Shown: positions 27,941-39,636, counted from the stretch's first letter. The stretch: DNA of 64,000 nucleotides from an uncultured Aquiluna sp. (GCA_913775595.1 CAJYLB010000001.1:992001-1056000); one strand, 5' to 3'. Made by a program: numbers and translations. Notes: generated from the sequence alone by a model not told the origin.

Positions 27941-29419
27941 TTACTTAACCAGCGGGAACAAAATGGTTTCCCGAATGCCAAGGCCAGTTAGTGACATCAG
28001 CAGCCTGTCGATGCCCATGCCCATGCCTCCCGAGGGTGGCATGCCAAACTCCAGGGCCTTCAAAAACTCCTCATCCAGCTTCATGGCCTCGGGGTCACCC
28101 TTGGCAGCCAACTCAGCCTGCTTCACAAAACGCTCACGCTGAACCACTGGGTCAACCAGTTCGGAGTAGCCGGTGGCCTGCTCGAATCCGTTGACGTAGA
28201 GATCCCACTTTTCAACAACTCCGGACACCTCTCGGTGGTCACGGGTCAGTGGTGAGGTGTCAACCGGGAAGTCCATGACAAAGGTTGGCTTGTCCAGAGT
28301 TGGCTTTACGAAGTGCTCCCAAAGCTCCTCAACATACTTTCCTGCCAGGGGATGCTCAATCTCAATCTCTACCTTGTCAGCTAGCTTTTTTAGGGTCGCG
28401 AGGTCAGTCTCTGGGGTTATCTCCTCACCGATTGCCTCAGAAAGTGAGCCGTAGAGCGAGATTCGCTGCCACTGACCGCCCAGGTCATTCACGCTGCCGT
28501 CTTCCAACTCAACCTCGTGGGTTCCAAAGACGTCCTTGGCGGCGTTCTGAATCAACTCCTGAGTTAGCTGGGCCATCGAGTTGTAATCGCCATAGGCCTC
28601 GTAGCTCTCCAGCATCGCAAACTCAGGCGAGTGCGTGCGGTCAGCACCCTCGTTTCTGAAGTTGCGGTTGATCTCAAATACCCTCTCAAGCCCCCCAACA
28701 ACTGCACGCTTCAAAAACAGCTCGGGGGCAATGCGCAAGAAAAGCTCGGTATCAAAGGCGTTTGAGTGAGTCTTGAACGGTCTTGCCGAGGCGCCTCCGT
28801 GCATGACCTGCAGCATCGGGGTCTCAATCTCGGTGAAGGCGTGAGAGGCAAAGGTGTTTCTCAGCGACTGCATGACCTGAGCCCTGATCTTCACAACATC
28901 GCGAGCTCGATCTCTGACTATGAGGTCGATGTAGCGGTGTCGAACCCGGAACTCTTCCTCGAGTTCGTTGTGAAGATTTGGCATTGGGCGCAGCGTCTTC
29001 GCTGCCATCTGCCACTCCTCGGCTAAAACGCTCAGCTCGCCTCGCTTTGAGGTAATCACCTCTCCGCGCACGAACACGTGGTCACCTAGGTCAACGAGTT
29101 CTTTCCAGCTATCCAGGCTTTCCTGGCCTACCTTGTCCAGAGAGATCATCGCCTGGATACGCTCTCCCGAGCCTGACTGCAGGGTCGCGAAGCAGAGTTT
29201 TCCGGTGTTGCGAAGGAACATAATTCTGCCAGCCAGCGCCACCTCATCTCCGGTTGCGATGTCGGCCTCGAGATTTGGGTAGTGGGCCTTTGTTGCCTCG
29301 ATGGTGTGGGTTATTGGCAGCGAGACAGGGTAGGCATCAGAGAGCTCGTTGAGCTTCTCGCGCTTCTGCATACGAAACGCGATCTGCTCGGGCAGGTCTG
29401 CCTCGTACTCTTCACTCAC
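27941..29419 (-). CDS. lysS: Lysyl-tRNA synthetase (class II)
   Basis: [41 protein letters not shown]; start GTG 29419. Confidence 0.97.
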   Translation of the reverse strand: MSEEYEADLPEQIAFRMQKREKLNELSDAYPVSLPITHTIEATKAHYPNLEADIATGDEVALAGRIMFLRNTGKLCFATLQSGSGERIQAMISLDKVGQESLDSWKELVDLGDHVFVRGEVITSKRGELSVLAEEWQMAAKTLRPMPNLHNELEEEFRVRHRYIDLIVRDRARDVVKIRAQVMQSLRNTFASHAFTEIETPMLQVMHGGASARPFKTHSNAFDTELFLRIAPELFLKRAVVGGLERVFEINRNFRNEGADRTHSPEFAMLESYEAYGDYNSMAQLTQELIQNAAKDVFGTHEVELEDGSVNDLGGQWQRISLYGSLSEAIGEEITPETDLATLKKLADKVEIEIEHPLAGKYVEELWEHFVKPTLDKPTFVMDFPVDTSPLTRDHREVSGVVEKWDLYVNGFEQATGYSELVDPVVQRERFVKQAELAAKGDPEAMKLDEEFLKALEFGMPPSGGMGMGIDRLLMSLTGLGIRETILFPLVK

Positions 29420-29421
29420 TG

Positions 29422-30267
29422 CTAACCACCGATCAAAAGGTTGTCTATGAGTCTGACGTCTCCCACCCACGCGGCAACGATTAGCCTCGCTCCGCCAGAT
29501 GGAATCCGCTCGACAATTTCAAAACTGTTCGAATCGACCAGCTCCAGATACTCAAGTCTAATCGCGGGGCTCAAGCTGGCCTTAGCTGCCTCAACAATCG
29601 CCGCTCGCTGCGTCCCAGCCTTTGAACCCTGAACCAAAGCACCATAAATCTCGTTTGCAAGCTCCAGCTCGACATCTGACAGTCTTGAATTTCTGCTCGA
29701 TAGCGCGAGGCCAGTCTCTGACCTAATGGTTGGGCAAACAACAATGCTCACCGGTTCCCTCTGGCCGCTGGCAACCTGATCCTCAACCATCTTCTTGACC
29801 AGCGCTGCCTGCTGAGCATCCTTCTCGCCAAAATAGGCTCTGTCCGGCTCAACCAAATCAAATAGACGGCTTACAACCTTGAGCATTCCGGCGAAGTGGC
29901 CCGGTCTGAATTCGCCCTCAAACCTCTCCCCTAAGGACCCGGTATCGGGCTCCAGAAAGACCTGGTCCTTCGGAAACACTTCGCCCGCCGATGGGGCGAA
30001 GAGGACATCCACCGAGGCATCGGTCAGCAGCCGCGCATCAACTCCCAGAGTTCTTGGGTAGCTCTCGTAGTCGTCCTCCGAGGAAAACTGCAGGGGATTT
30101 ACAAATATCGAGACAACGGTGAAGTTATCGTCTTTTTGGCTCTCGGCAATAAGTGACAGGTGACCCTTGTGAAGAGCTCCCATCGTCGGCACAAACCCAA
30201 TCGACTTCTCACTCCTGACCTCGGCAAGAACCTCGTCTAGCTCTGCTGCGGTGTGAACAAGTCTCAT
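29422..30267 (-). CDS. panC: Pantoate--beta-alanine ligase
   Basis: [40 protein letters not shown]. Confidence 0.96.
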   Translation of the reverse strand: MRLVHTAAELDEVLAEVRSEKSIGFVPTMGALHKGHLSLIAESQKDDNFTVVSIFVNPLQFSSEDDYESYPRTLGVDARLLTDASVDVLFAPSAGEVFPKDQVFLEPDTGSLGERFEGEFRPGHFAGMLKVVSRLFDLVEPDRAYFGEKDAQQAALVKKMVEDQVASGQREPVSIVVCPTIRSETGLALSSRNSRLSDVELELANEIYGALVQGSKAGTQRAAIVEAAKASLSPAIRLEYLELVDSNSFEIVERIPSGGARLIVAAWVGDVRLIDNLLIGG

Positions 30268-30956
30268 CAGGCTGCGTCCTCGGGATCAATCGGGGTTACC
30301 GGCTTTGCAAGGGAATCGTCAACCGCGCTCCGAACCACAGGGGCGATTAGCTTCGCAGGCTCCATGACCTCGGCCTCGGCGAGAATCCCCATCGCCTGCT
30401 GCACGACCAGTGAGGAAAAGCCAGAGGCGACCTCAAACGCCTCTGCGTAAGCGTCGCGCTGCTCCTCGCTGAGCTCAAAAGGTTCCGCCCCGAGCTCAAT
30501 TACGAGCGCCTGCGCAATGGGCCTATAGGTCTCTGGGGTGGTGACAACCATGGTGGCATTTTGCATCACGGCTAGGTCCATCGAGGTGCCCGTGAAGTGC
30601 ATTAGCGGATGCATGGCAACGGGTATTGCCCCATACCTACCGGCATCCGCAAGCAAGCCGTAACCGCGATGCGGGGATAGATGAACCACGATCTTTCTAG
30701 GTCCAAACAGCCCAAGGTCTGCCAGTCCGGCACAGCTCAGTTCAATGTCGGCATAGGGGACTGCCAAGACCAGCAGCTCGGCGTCTTCTGCAACTGCGGC
30801 CATTGGGGCAATTGGGATCTCAGGCAGCAATGCCTCCACGCGCTCGATGGCCTCCGGGGATTCGACATGAACACCAATAACTTCGTGCCCCGCACCTGCC
30901 CATGCTTTGGCGAGGACAGGGCCGGCAGGCTCGTCACCAATGATCCCTATCTTCAC
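30267..30956 (-). CDS. Rossmann-like/DUF2520 protein (possible ketopantoate reductase)
   Basis: Degenerate Rossmann N-terminus, VVHLS, HPLMHFTG; directly upstream of panC. Confidence 0.75.
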   Translation of the reverse strand: MKIGIIGDEPAGPVLAKAWAGAGHEVIGVHVESPEAIERVEALLPEIPIAPMAAVAEDAELLVLAVPYADIELSCAGLADLGLFGPRKIVVHLSPHRGYGLLADAGRYGAIPVAMHPLMHFTGTSMDLAVMQNATMVVTTPETYRPIAQALVIELGAEPFELSEEQRDAYAEAFEVASGFSSLVVQQAMGILAEAEVMEPAKLIAPVVRSAVDDSLAKPVTPIDPEDAA

Positions 30957-31426
30957 TCCGCCTCCTCGTTGGGTCCGCGTGGGGCGCGGCAGTTGTATTC
31001 TCCCGCTAGCCCACCACCGAGCATGACCAGCGAGCCGATGGCCCCAAAAACCGTTGGAGTGGTGAGGCCAGTGGGCGCGACGCTGAAGCTAACCAACCAA
31101 ACAAGACCGCCAAGGTACCAGCCCGCAAAGAGCGCCCCAGTCAGAGCGATTGCTCTCGAAATAATCAAGGCTCGAAAAGCAAAGAACGGGTTGGGACGAG
31201 AGGGCCTTGGGCCCGTCTCCCACTTTTCCAGCTTTTTGCGATATCGATAAATGGGCCATGTCGCGAGGTAAATGGCTATTCCGATGAGCGGAAACATCAG
31301 GATCATGGACCAGGGACTAAGCGGAAAACTGTAGCCAAGGCCTGTCGCTAGCTGAGCGGAGCTGAGCCCCAGCACGGCACCTGCCGCCAGAAAACTCGCG
31401 AGCCCAGCTGGCTGTATCGGGCGCAC
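30953..31426 (-). CDS. DUF3180 membrane protein
   Basis: NPFFAFRAL, GALFAG, C-terminal E..CRAP; follows folK. Confidence 0.8.
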   Translation of the reverse strand: MRPIQPAGLASFLAAGAVLGLSSAQLATGLGYSFPLSPWSMILMFPLIGIAIYLATWPIYRYRKKLEKWETGPRPSRPNPFFAFRALIISRAIALTGALFAGWYLGGLVWLVSFSVAPTGLTTPTVFGAIGSLVMLGGGLAGEYNCRAPRGPNEEAE

Positions 31427-31911
31427 TACTGCTTCACCACCTTGCCACTTAGCTCTTGGACTAGACCTGCAACCTTGCCCCTGCCGGGAATGACCGCATC
31501 AGGATCAATCTCAAGCCATGGAATAAGCACAAATGCCCTTTCAAATGCTCTCGGGTGGGGAACCACGAGCTTCTTAGTCTCGATGAGCTCTGAGCCAAAA
31601 CTAATGATGTCGAGATCGAGAGTTCTGGGTGCCCAGCGGGCAAGCCTTACCCTGCCAAAGTCATTTTCGATATCCCGGGTGAGCTTGTGAAGCTTGGAGG
31701 CTTTCATAGAGGTCTCGAAGATACCCACCGCGTTTAGATACTGCGGCTGACTTTCGTCTTCACCATCGGCTGTGATTGCGACCGACTCATACATAGAAGA
31801 GAGTGCCACCAGGTCAACTTTCTTCTGCTCTGCAAGTTTCTTGGCGGCGGCCCTGATCGTCTGTTCTCGATCTCCAAGGTTGCTGCCAAAGGCAATGACT
31901 GCTTTAGTCAC
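31426..31911 (-). CDS. folK: 2-amino-4-hydroxy-6-hydroxymethyldihydropteridine diphosphokinase
   Basis: GSNLGDR, YLNAV, RWAPRTLDLDII, PHPRAFERAFVL. Confidence 0.95.
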   Translation of the reverse strand: MTKAVIAFGSNLGDREQTIRAAAKKLAEQKKVDLVALSSMYESVAITADGEDESQPQYLNAVGIFETSMKASKLHKLTRDIENDFGRVRLARWAPRTLDLDIISFGSELIETKKLVVPHPRAFERAFVLIPWLEIDPDAVIPGRGKVAGLVQELSGKVVKQ

Positions 31912-32263
31912 CCCTGGCTCCGGAGACACTCACCGAGACATCGGCAAAGGTTTGGCTAAGGGGCGCATTTGGCTTGTGAACCGTGATCGTCGCACGCAGA
32001 ATTCGCGAGTCGATACTTAGCACCGCACTGAGACAGTTCTGGGCCAAAGTCTCAATGAGGTCAAAGCGCTGCTTTGTCGCAACTTTCTCAATCTCATCGG
32101 CTACAAGCGCATAAGACACTGTCGAGTCGATGCTGTCATCGCCTCCTGCATCAACGTCGAGATGGCAATCGATTAGAAACTCTTGGCCGAAGTCCTTTTC
32201 GTGCTGCTGGACGCCGTGGTAGCCAAAAAACTTGAGGGAGTCGAGGCGGATCTTGTAGATCAT
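31904..32263 (-). CDS. folB: Dihydroneopterin aldolase
   Basis: GYHGV..HE...GQEF, TVSY, LIETLA, VHKPNAP. Confidence 0.95.
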   Translation of the reverse strand: MIYKIRLDSLKFFGYHGVQQHEKDFGQEFLIDCHLDVDAGGDDSIDSTVSYALVADEIEKVATKQRFDLIETLAQNCLSAVLSIDSRILRATITVHKPNAPLSQTFADVSVSVSGARGD

Positions 32264-33093
32264 TTCTCCTGAGCCTCCTTTAGCGCTGCTACCACGCTAA
32301 TGGCATCAACGGTGTTACTGACGTTGTGGACCCTGATACCCCAAAGCTTCCGCTGCAATAGCAGGGCTGTGAGGACTGCAGTCGCAACATCCCTACGGCC
32401 CACATCAACCCCCTGAGGGTTTTCGCTGTCTAGCGCATGGGCGATAAACCGCTTCCGCGAAGCTCCGACCAAGATTGGAAGCTCGAGGTTTTCAAGCTCA
32501 TCGAGCCTGGCAACAAGGTCCCAGTTCTGCCGCATGTCCTTAGCGAACCCCAGCCCAGGGTCCACAACAATGCGGTCCCTTGAAATACCAGCGGCCACCG
32601 CCATCGAAACCTGCTCGGCAAGCTCGGCCACCACCTCCCGCGCAACGTCCGAGTAGGTTGCAAGCGAGTCCATGATGTCGCTGTGGCCGCGCCAGTGCCC
32701 CAGCACGTACTTGCACTCGCTGTCCGCGATTGCAGTGAAAAGCTCTGGGTCCGCAAGCCCGCCCGAGACGTCATTGACGATATCTGCGCCTGCTGCGATG
32801 GCTTTGGCTGCGGTGTCGGCGTTCATTGTGTCGATGGAAACCTGGACTTCCAGCTCATCTTTGATCGCTCGGATTATCGGAATGACTCGCTGCTGCTCCT
32901 CATCGAGGCTGACCCGCATGCTCCCTGGCCTCGTCGACTCACCACCGATGTCGATGATCTGTGCTCCCTGGGATGCCATCTCTCGGGCGTGATTAAGCGC
33001 AGAATCAAACTCCAGGAACTGACCGCCGTCACTGAAAGAGTCGGGAGTTACGTTCAGGACCCCCATGACAAGGGGCCGGTGCCAGCTAGTCAT
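32260..33093 (-). CDS. folP: Dihydropteroate synthase
   Basis: [41 protein letters not shown]. Confidence 0.97.
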   Translation of the reverse strand: MTSWHRPLVMGVLNVTPDSFSDGGQFLEFDSALNHAREMASQGAQIIDIGGESTRPGSMRVSLDEEQQRVIPIIRAIKDELEVQVSIDTMNADTAAKAIAAGADIVNDVSGGLADPELFTAIADSECKYVLGHWRGHSDIMDSLATYSDVAREVVAELAEQVSMAVAAGISRDRIVVDPGLGFAKDMRQNWDLVARLDELENLELPILVGASRKRFIAHALDSENPQGVDVGRRDVATAVLTALLLQRKLWGIRVHNVSNTVDAISVVAALKEAQEK

Positions 33094-33646
33094 TGCCCTT
33101 TGAGATCAGGCCCATGATTTCGGCTCTCATGACCGGGTCGGTGTATTGACCCCTGGAGGCCATGGTCACTGTGTTTACCTCTGGCTGTCGTGCACCTCTA
33201 GAGGCTACGCACTGGTGCCTTGCCTCAATCACAACAACCACACCCAGGGCACCTAGCCCCTCCTCAATTGCATCTGCAATCTGGGACGTGAGGTTCTCCT
33301 GAAGTTGAAGCCTGGAGGCGAGTATCTCCACGACGTTGGCAAGCCTGCCCAGGCCCGCCACCTTTTCAGAGGGCAGATAGGCAATGTGGGCAACGCCCGT
33401 GAAAGGCAAAAGGTGATGCTCGCAAATAGAAACCAGCTCGATGTCCTTGAGAAGGACGGCCTCTGGACTCTCTGCAATAAAAGTCTCGCTCAGGGCGCTC
33501 AGCGGATCCTTGCCAATGCCGCTGAAAAAAGACTCGTAAGCATCCGCAACCTTCTGCGGAGTCTGGGCTAGCTCAGGGCGAGCGGGGTCCTCTCCGATTG
33601 CCTCGAGGATTTCCAGGACAGCCTTACGAATCCGATCCGGCTGCAT
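33086..33646 (-). CDS. folE: GTP cyclohydrolase I
   Basis: [22 protein letters not shown]. Confidence 0.95.
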   Translation of the reverse strand: MQPDRIRKAVLEILEAIGEDPARPELAQTPQKVADAYESFFSGIGKDPLSALSETFIAESPEAVLLKDIELVSICEHHLLPFTGVAHIAYLPSEKVAGLGRLANVVEILASRLQLQENLTSQIADAIEEGLGALGVVVVIEARHQCVASRGARQPEVNTVTMASRGQYTDPVMRAEIMGLISKGND

Positions 33647-35627
33647 CTTTGGTCTTCTTGGTTCGTCGGGCCGGAGCCTTTTTTAGCTCCTTGACCTTGC
33701 GCTCTGGAACGGCAATCGGTCCTTTGGTGGAGACGGGACGCTTAGTTGATGATCTCCAAGTCGTCCGCTTGGGGAGCTTCTTTACAGGCTTGAAGATTGC
33801 TGCAATCTCGTCCTGGTTCAAAGTCTCTTTCTCCAAGAGCTCTTTTGCCAGCTTGTCTAGCACAGCTCGGTTTGTGGTGAGGGCCTTGTGGGCCTCGTCC
33901 ATTGCGGTCTCGAGAATGACCTTCACCTCGGCATCAACCTGCTGCGCCATCTCGTCAGAAAAGTCGCGATGGGTTGCAAGCTCCCGGCCCAAAAACGGCT
34001 CTGCATTTCCACTGCCTAGAGAAATTGCTCCAATCTTTGAGCTCATTCCGTACTTAGTGACCATGGTTCTTGCGATGTTGGTTGCCTTTTCAAAGTCGTT
34101 TGAGGCTCCGGTGGTTGGGTCCTTGAAAACGATCTCTTCAGCAATGCGGCCACCCATCGCATAGGCGATCTGGTCAAGCAGCTGATTACGACTGATTGAA
34201 TACCTGTCCTCCATTGGCATGACCATGGTGTAACCCAGGGCCCTGCCTCTCGGGAGAATCGTGATCTTGGTAACAGGATCTGAGTAGTTCGCAGCACCTG
34301 CCACTAGTGCGTGGCCGGCCTCGTGATAAGCGGTAACAAGGCGCTCGTGGTCTTTCATGACAGCACTCTTACGCTGCGGTCCGCCAATGACCCTGTCGAT
34401 GGCCTCGTCCAGGATTTCGTCACCTATGTCCTTGCGATTGAGCCTCGCTGCCAAGAGAGCGGCTTCATTTAGGACGTTCGCAAGATCTGCTCCGGTGAAC
34501 CCGGGAGTCCGCCTAGCAACGAGCGCAAGGTCAACCTTCTTTGAAATCGGCTTGTTCTTTGAGTGAACCCTGAGAATCTGCTCACGTCCCTTTAGGTCGG
34601 GCGCACTCACGCCAACCTGGCGGTCGAACCTTCCTGGTCTCAAAAGTGCTGGGTCCAACACATCCGGACGGTTGGTCGCCGCAATCAGGATCACGTTGGT
34701 TGAGGTGTCGAAACCGTCCATCTCAACAAGAAGCTGGTTTAGGGTCTGTTCGCGTTCGTCGTTTCCGCCGCCAATACCGGTGCCGCGGTGCCGGCCGACG
34801 GCATCGATCTCGTCCACAAAAATAATTGCGGGAGCGGCCTGCTTAGCCTGCTCAAACAGGTCCCTAACTCTCGAGGCACCAACACCAACGAACATCTCGA
34901 CAAAGTCTGAACCTGAGATTGAGAAGAAGGGGACTCCGGCCTCGCCAGCTACAGCCTTTGCGATGAGGGTCTTACCGGTTCCCGGAGGGCCATAGAGCAA
35001 GACGCCGTGAGGAATCTTTGCACCCATCTCTTCAAACTTCTTTGGGTTCTTCAAAAACTCTTTGAGCTCGTTGAGCTCTTCGTGTGCCTCCTCAATACCG
35101 GCAACATCGTCAAAGGTGACCTTGGACATCTCCTTGCTCACGAGCTTCGCCTTGGACTTGCCAAACTGCATTACCCCTCTGCCGCCACCGGCCATCGAGC
35201 TCATCAAGAACCAGAACAGAGCCAAGATGATGATGAATGGCAATAGCGAACCAAGGAGCGCAAGAATCCAAGGAGTAGAGGGGACCTCGTCTGACCAGCC
35301 CTCAGAGATCTGAGCAGAAGCAACCGTCTCAGCCACCACCTCAGCGCGGCCGGAGACAAAATAGAACTGAACCTTGTCGCCAAACTCGGCGTCTGGGTTT
35401 CTAAGCACCACATCGACCCGCTGGTCGCCGTCAAAGATAGTTACTTTCTCGGCGGAGCCGGAGCGAATCATCTCAAGCCCGACCTGGGTGTCAACCTTGG
35501 TGTACTGCTCGGTGTTCATGAGGCTGGTGCCGATGAAGACGACGCTGAGCGCGATGGCAATCCAGAGCCAGGGTCCCTTCAGGAACTTCTTAAGCCTGCT
35601 CTGCGGATCTGCCTTCTTCTCTGCCAT
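33624..35627 (-). CDS. ftsH: ATP-dependent zinc metalloprotease FtsH
   Basis: Two TM helices, [11 protein letters not shown] motif, HEAGH. Confidence 0.97.
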   Translation of the reverse strand: MAEKKADPQSRLKKFLKGPWLWIAIALSVVFIGTSLMNTEQYTKVDTQVGLEMIRSGSAEKVTIFDGDQRVDVVLRNPDAEFGDKVQFYFVSGRAEVVAETVASAQISEGWSDEVPSTPWILALLGSLLPFIIILALFWFLMSSMAGGGRGVMQFGKSKAKLVSKEMSKVTFDDVAGIEEAHEELNELKEFLKNPKKFEEMGAKIPHGVLLYGPPGTGKTLIAKAVAGEAGVPFFSISGSDFVEMFVGVGASRVRDLFEQAKQAAPAIIFVDEIDAVGRHRGTGIGGGNDEREQTLNQLLVEMDGFDTSTNVILIAATNRPDVLDPALLRPGRFDRQVGVSAPDLKGREQILRVHSKNKPISKKVDLALVARRTPGFTGADLANVLNEAALLAARLNRKDIGDEILDEAIDRVIGGPQRKSAVMKDHERLVTAYHEAGHALVAGAANYSDPVTKITILPRGRALGYTMVMPMEDRYSISRNQLLDQIAYAMGGRIAEEIVFKDPTTGASNDFEKATNIARTMVTKYGMSSKIGAISLGSGNAEPFLGRELATHRDFSDEMAQQVDAEVKVILETAMDEAHKALTTNRAVLDKLAKELLEKETLNQDEIAAIFKPVKKLPKRTTWRSSTKRPVSTKGPIAVPERKVKELKKAPARRTKKTKDAAGSDS

Positions 35628-35636
35628 CAAAAACCT

Positions 35637-36182
35637 TTACTCATAAACCGAAGGCGAAAGAATTCCAACGCCGTCCAGTGACCGGTAGTCCTCGTTGAAG
35701 TCCAGCCCGTAACCAACAACAAAAGCATTTGGGATATCAAATCCCACCCATCGGACAGCTATTTTCACCTTCGCAGCTTCGGGCTTCCTGAGAAGGGTCA
35801 CAATCTCGACAGACGCAGCACCTCTTGCCTTGAGATTAGAGGTGAGCCAGGAGAGGGTTAGGCCGGAGTCAATGATGTCCTCCACTATCAATACGTGGCG
35901 GTCTTTGATATCGACGTCGAGGTCCTTGAGGATTCGCACAACACCAGAGGAAACAGTGCCAGAGCCATAGGAAGAAACCGCCATCCAGTCCTGCTGAACT
36001 GGGATCGAGAGTGCCCTTGAAATGTCTGCCATGAAGGGTACGGCTCCCTTGAGGACGCCAAGCAGTAAAACTTCTTTATCTCCGTAGAATTCGGAGATCT
36101 CCGTTGCTAGCTCTTGGACTCTCGTTTGAATCTGGTCAGCGGTGACCAGCACCTCTTGAATATCTGGGTGATTTAGCTGCAC
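35637..36182 (-). CDS. hpt: Hypoxanthine phosphoribosyltransferase
   Basis: GVLKGA, VSSYG, VEDIIDSGLTL, FVVGYGLD. Confidence 0.96.
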   Translation of the reverse strand: MQLNHPDIQEVLVTADQIQTRVQELATEISEFYGDKEVLLLGVLKGAVPFMADISRALSIPVQQDWMAVSSYGSGTVSSGVVRILKDLDVDIKDRHVLIVEDIIDSGLTLSWLTSNLKARGAASVEIVTLLRKPEAAKVKIAVRWVGFDIPNAFVVGYGLDFNEDYRSLDGVGILSPSVYE

Positions 36183-36197
36183 TTGCAGGCTCCCGGG

Positions 36198-37181
36198 CTA
36201 CTTGGCTTTTACTAGAAGGCGGTCGTTTACCCGCTCTACTGTAATGCCAGAAAGGTCCAGCTTTTTCTGTCCGTGCCAATTGGTAACTAGCTGCTCTGCC
36301 TCCAGCACCTGGCTCCTCGAGATCGAACTTCCAGAGATCTTCTGCATGTGAAGCTGCAGGACTTTTCTTCGAAGCGCTGGGTGAAGGTCCGCGACGGGCT
36401 TCACCTCAAGACCTGATTCAAAGTCGTTGCTATCTAGAAACCACCTCGCTTCAAGGGTTAGGTAGTCCTCAGCCTCGTAGGCAAGATCGGCAGTCCTTGC
36501 GAGCGCCGATTGAAAGCCAACCCCAAGGGTTTCCTCTAACCTCTCGGCGAGTTTGCGAACTCTTACTCGCAGGAATGACTCATCCTGATTGTGGGGGTCG
36601 TCCCAAAACTCAACGCTTTGGTCTTCGCAGGACTTTCGAAGCGTCGCCCTCGAGAGGCCAAGAAACGGCCTGGCCAGTCTGCGATCGTCGTCTATGACTG
36701 GCATGCCGCTGATAGAGCGCAGCCCGGAACCTCTGGCGAGGCCCATTAAGACCGTCTCGGCCTGATCATCCTCGTTATGGCCGAGGAGTACGAAGTCTGA
36801 CGACGTTTCCACTCTTGCCGACTCTAAAGCGGCGTATCTTGCATCCCTCGCGGCAGCCTCTAAGCCCTCTCCGAAGACTTTTACCTCCACGCGGCTGACA
36901 ATCACTGGCTCAAGCCCGAGTTCTCTGCAGCGGCTAGCCGCCTGCGCTGCTATCTCAGCTGAGTTCTCCTGGAGCCCATGATCCACAATCACTGCCCCCA
37001 CCTTCAGTCCAGCCCGTGGTAGCTCAAAAGCGCAGGCTGCTGCGAGGGCCATCGAGTCTGGCCCTCCGGAGCAGGCGACCAGTAGCAATGAACCCTGTTT
37101 TGGCTTTAGCTTCGCAACTAGCTCGCGAACTGCCCGCCGAGCATCTGCCATGGCGGGCGTGAGGCGAGGTCTAACTGGCAT
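36198..37181 (-). CDS. tilS: tRNA(Ile)-lysidine synthetase
   Basis: SGGPDS, DHGLQ, EAAARDARY, HNEDDQAET; start estimated at ATG 37181. Confidence 0.94.
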   Translation of the reverse strand: MPVRPRLTPAMADARRAVRELVAKLKPKQGSLLLVACSGGPDSMALAAACAFELPRAGLKVGAVIVDHGLQENSAEIAAQAASRCRELGLEPVIVSRVEVKVFGEGLEAAARDARYAALESARVETSSDFVLLGHNEDDQAETVLMGLARGSGLRSISGMPVIDDDRRLARPFLGLSRATLRKSCEDQSVEFWDDPHNQDESFLRVRVRKLAERLEETLGVGFQSALARTADLAYEAEDYLTLEARWFLDSNDFESGLEVKPVADLHPALRRKVLQLHMQKISGSSISRSQVLEAEQLVTNWHGQKKLDLSGITVERVNDRLLVKAK

Positions 37182-37230
37182 TGGCTCCGATTCGATAATG
37201 TTTACACTCAAAGCCTATTTAGGAGAAGCG

Positions 37231-37710
37231 GTGTCATACGAAGTAGTTATTGAGATTCCTCGCGGCAGTAGAAACAAATACGAGGTTGACCACGAGACCG
37301 GCAAGGTCTGGCTAGACAGGGTGCTCTTCACCCCCTTTGTCTACCCAATCGACTACGGAGCATTCGAAAACACCCTCGGCGGTGATGGTGACCCGCTCGA
37401 CGCTCTTGTCATTTTGGAATACCCGGTATACCCAGGAGTCCACATGAATGTCCGTCCGGTTGGCATGCTCCTAATGGAGGACGACGGAGGTCAGGACGAG
37501 AAGCTACTTTGCGTTCTTGACAAGGACCCCAGGTTTGCTCACATCCAAGATATCCAGGATGTTCCGCAGCAAACCAAGAATGAGATTGAGCACTTCTTCG
37601 AGCACTACAAGGACCTAGAGCCAGGTAAGTGGGTAAAGCTTGGCGGCTGGCATAACAAAGCAGCTGCCGAAAAGGTTCTTGCCGACGGATACGCGAACTA
37701 CAAGGGCTAA
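37231..37710 (+). CDS. ppa: Inorganic pyrophosphatase
   Basis: EIPRGSRNKYE, DGDPLD, DEK, FFEHYKDLE; GTG 37231 after AGGAG. Confidence 0.96.
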   Translation: MSYEVVIEIPRGSRNKYEVDHETGKVWLDRVLFTPFVYPIDYGAFENTLGGDGDPLDALVILEYPVYPGVHMNVRPVGMLLMEDDGGQDEKLLCVLDKDPRFAHIQDIQDVPQQTKNEIEHFFEHYKDLEPGKWVKLGGWHNKAAAEKVLADGYANYKG

Positions 37711-37712
37711 AG

Positions 37713-38102
37713 ATGCAAACGCCTGACACCTCTTCAATCGATGTTGGTTTGATTTCAAAGCTCAACGACTACTTTGAGGTGATTCACGCTCAGGATCTCG
37801 AGCTGTTCGATCAGGTCTTCCACGAGCGCTGCACGCTCTATTCGGCCCAGGGCAATGAGCTTGTGCTGCGCCCATTTGACGTCTACCGGGACCAGGTGGC
37901 AAACCGACAATCTCCCAAAGAGCTGGGCAACCCCAGAGACGATCAGATTCTTGAGATTGATCAGATTTCGGACACCATGGCATGGGCCAAGGTCCAGCTA
38001 CAGATGTTCGGTGGCATCATGCAGGACTACCTGAACTTCGTGAAGGTCGATGGTGAGTGGTGGATTATCGCGAAGCTCTATGAAAAGGTCGGCGAATACT
38101 AA
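37713..38102 (+). CDS. NTF2-like (lumazine-binding type) protein
   Basis: YF......D......FH, MAWAKV, DYLNFVKVDGEWWIIAK. Confidence 0.75.
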   Translation: MQTPDTSSIDVGLISKLNDYFEVIHAQDLELFDQVFHERCTLYSAQGNELVLRPFDVYRDQVANRQSPKELGNPRDDQILEIDQISDTMAWAKVQLQMFGGIMQDYLNFVKVDGEWWIIAKLYEKVGEY

Positions 38103-39307
38103 TTTGAGGTAGCGGTTGGCCTACCCGCATAAGGCCAGAGCTCGCCGTAGCGAACCGGAACAATTCGCACGGTTCTAGCTGGGTTTGGCGCCTCCAGCAT
38201 CATGCCATCGCCCAGGTAAATGGCGACGTGATACTTATCTCCCGAGAAGGCGCTCTCGGTTGACCACCAGATCAGATCCCCACGCTGAGCATTCTGGAAT
38301 GGAACAAGCTTCTTCTGCTTTGCCAGAACGTTGTACTGGGCAGTGGCGGAGTGCCAACCTATGTAGACACCGGCAGCTGCATAGCTCTTCATAGTGATGC
38401 CGCTGCAATCCCAAACGTTTGGTCCAGCACCGCCAAGTACATATCTCTCACCAAGCTGCTCTTCGGCAAAGGCAATTGCGGTCTCAACCTGAGCCCAATC
38501 TGGCTCACCTACTGTGTAAAGCTCGGGTGCTGTTGGTGCAGCACGTATGGCAGCCTGCCTTCTCTCCCACTCGAGTCCCTCTTGGCGCTGACGCTCAATT
38601 TCCTCTGCGGTGTCCTTGAGCTCGGCAAGCTGCTCCATCATGGTGGCTCGCTCGCGCTCAGACTCGGCGACCTTTGCAATCACTGCATCGGCCGCATCCT
38701 GAGCCTCTTGGTAGAGCTGCTCAGCCTCGGCCTCTATTTCCTCAAGTTCGACTCGGGACTGCTCAAGCTCTAGCGCTAGAGCCTCAGCCTGAGCCTGCTT
38801 GTCAAGAGCTGCCTGATAGATGGCCTCTGTCCGCTGAGCGATTAGCTCCTCCATGCTCATCTGAAACAGCAGGTTCTCGGCATTATCTGGATTGAATAGC
38901 AGCTCCAAGGTCGTATCGCCGATCGAACGCTCACGGAACATCTGAGAGACAATCCTGCCGAGCTGTAGCTTTGCCTCCTCAGCCTCCCGGGCTGACTGTT
39001 CAACCCTCGCCTGGAGCGACTCAACCTTGGCCGCCATCTCGTTCTTGGCATCTACAGCCTGGTTGTATTCCTCGTTCTTTTGCAGAGCAATGGTCTCCAG
39101 GGCTCTGGCCTCTTCTTCAAGAGTGACAAGAATCCCCTCGATGCGCTCGATGAGCTTTTCCTTTTCCTGGACATCCCGCTTGGCGGCAGCAACCTCGGCC
39201 GCAGTTGGGTAGTCAGGGTTTGCATATGCAGGTGTGAGAAGGAGGGTTCCGGCGACAAGACCAACGCCCGAGAGAGCGGCAATAATCGCGTTCTTGCGGC
39301 TGGCCAT
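38099..39307 (-). CDS. Secreted NlpC/P60 (C40) peptidoglycan endopeptidase with coiled coil
   Basis: Signal peptide, long coiled coil, WDCSG, GDLIWW, HVAIYLG. Confidence 0.92.
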   Translation of the reverse strand: MASRKNAIIAALSGVGLVAGTLLLTPAYANPDYPTAAEVAAAKRDVQEKEKLIERIEGILVTLEEEARALETIALQKNEEYNQAVDAKNEMAAKVESLQARVEQSAREAEEAKLQLGRIVSQMFRERSIGDTTLELLFNPDNAENLLFQMSMEELIAQRTEAIYQAALDKQAQAEALALELEQSRVELEEIEAEAEQLYQEAQDAADAVIAKVAESERERATMMEQLAELKDTAEEIERQRQEGLEWERRQAAIRAAPTAPELYTVGEPDWAQVETAIAFAEEQLGERYVLGGAGPNVWDCSGITMKSYAAAGVYIGWHSATAQYNVLAKQKKLVPFQNAQRGDLIWWSTESAFSGDKYHVAIYLGDGMMLEAPNPARTVRIVPVRYGELWPYAGRPTATSN

Positions 39308-39370
39308 TCACACCTCCCTGCTAGAAATCTAAGTCAAAGCTTCAAGTATTGCCTGAGAGTTGGCTAAGTG

Positions 39371-39400
39371 TTGCGCAACTTGCCGAAACACAAGTAGTCT
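39371..39400 (+). promoter_or_regulatory. Putative SigA promoter of the tRNA operon
   Basis: TTGCGC-N18-TAGTCT, about 30 nt upstream of tRNA-Glu. Confidence 0.55.
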
Positions 39401-39432
39401 TTACCGTCGGTGCTTTGAAGTTGCCAGCTTCT

Positions 39433-39505
39433 GGCCCCATCGTTTAGCGGCCTAGGACGCCGCCCTTTCACGGCGGTAGCACGGGTTCGAATCCCGTTGG
39501 GGTCA
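39433..39505 (+). tRNA. tRNA-Glu(TTC)
   Basis: GGCCCCA/TGGGGTC acceptor stem, anticodon loop CTTTCAC, GGTTCGAATCC. Confidence 0.97.
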
Positions 39506-39528
39506 CTAGGCGATTAGAAGTACCTCCT

Positions 39529-39602
39529 GGCCCTGTAGCGCAGTTGGTTAGCGCGCCGCCCTGTCACGGCGGAGGTCGCGGGTTCAAGTCCCGTCAGGGT
39601 CG
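39529..39602 (+). tRNA. tRNA-Asp(GTC)
   Basis: GGCCCTG/CAGGGTC acceptor stem, anticodon loop CTGTCAC, GGTTCAAGTCC. Confidence 0.97.
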
Positions 39603-39636
39603 CTTCGCGAAAGCGAATGGGGAGCTTAGGCTCCAA

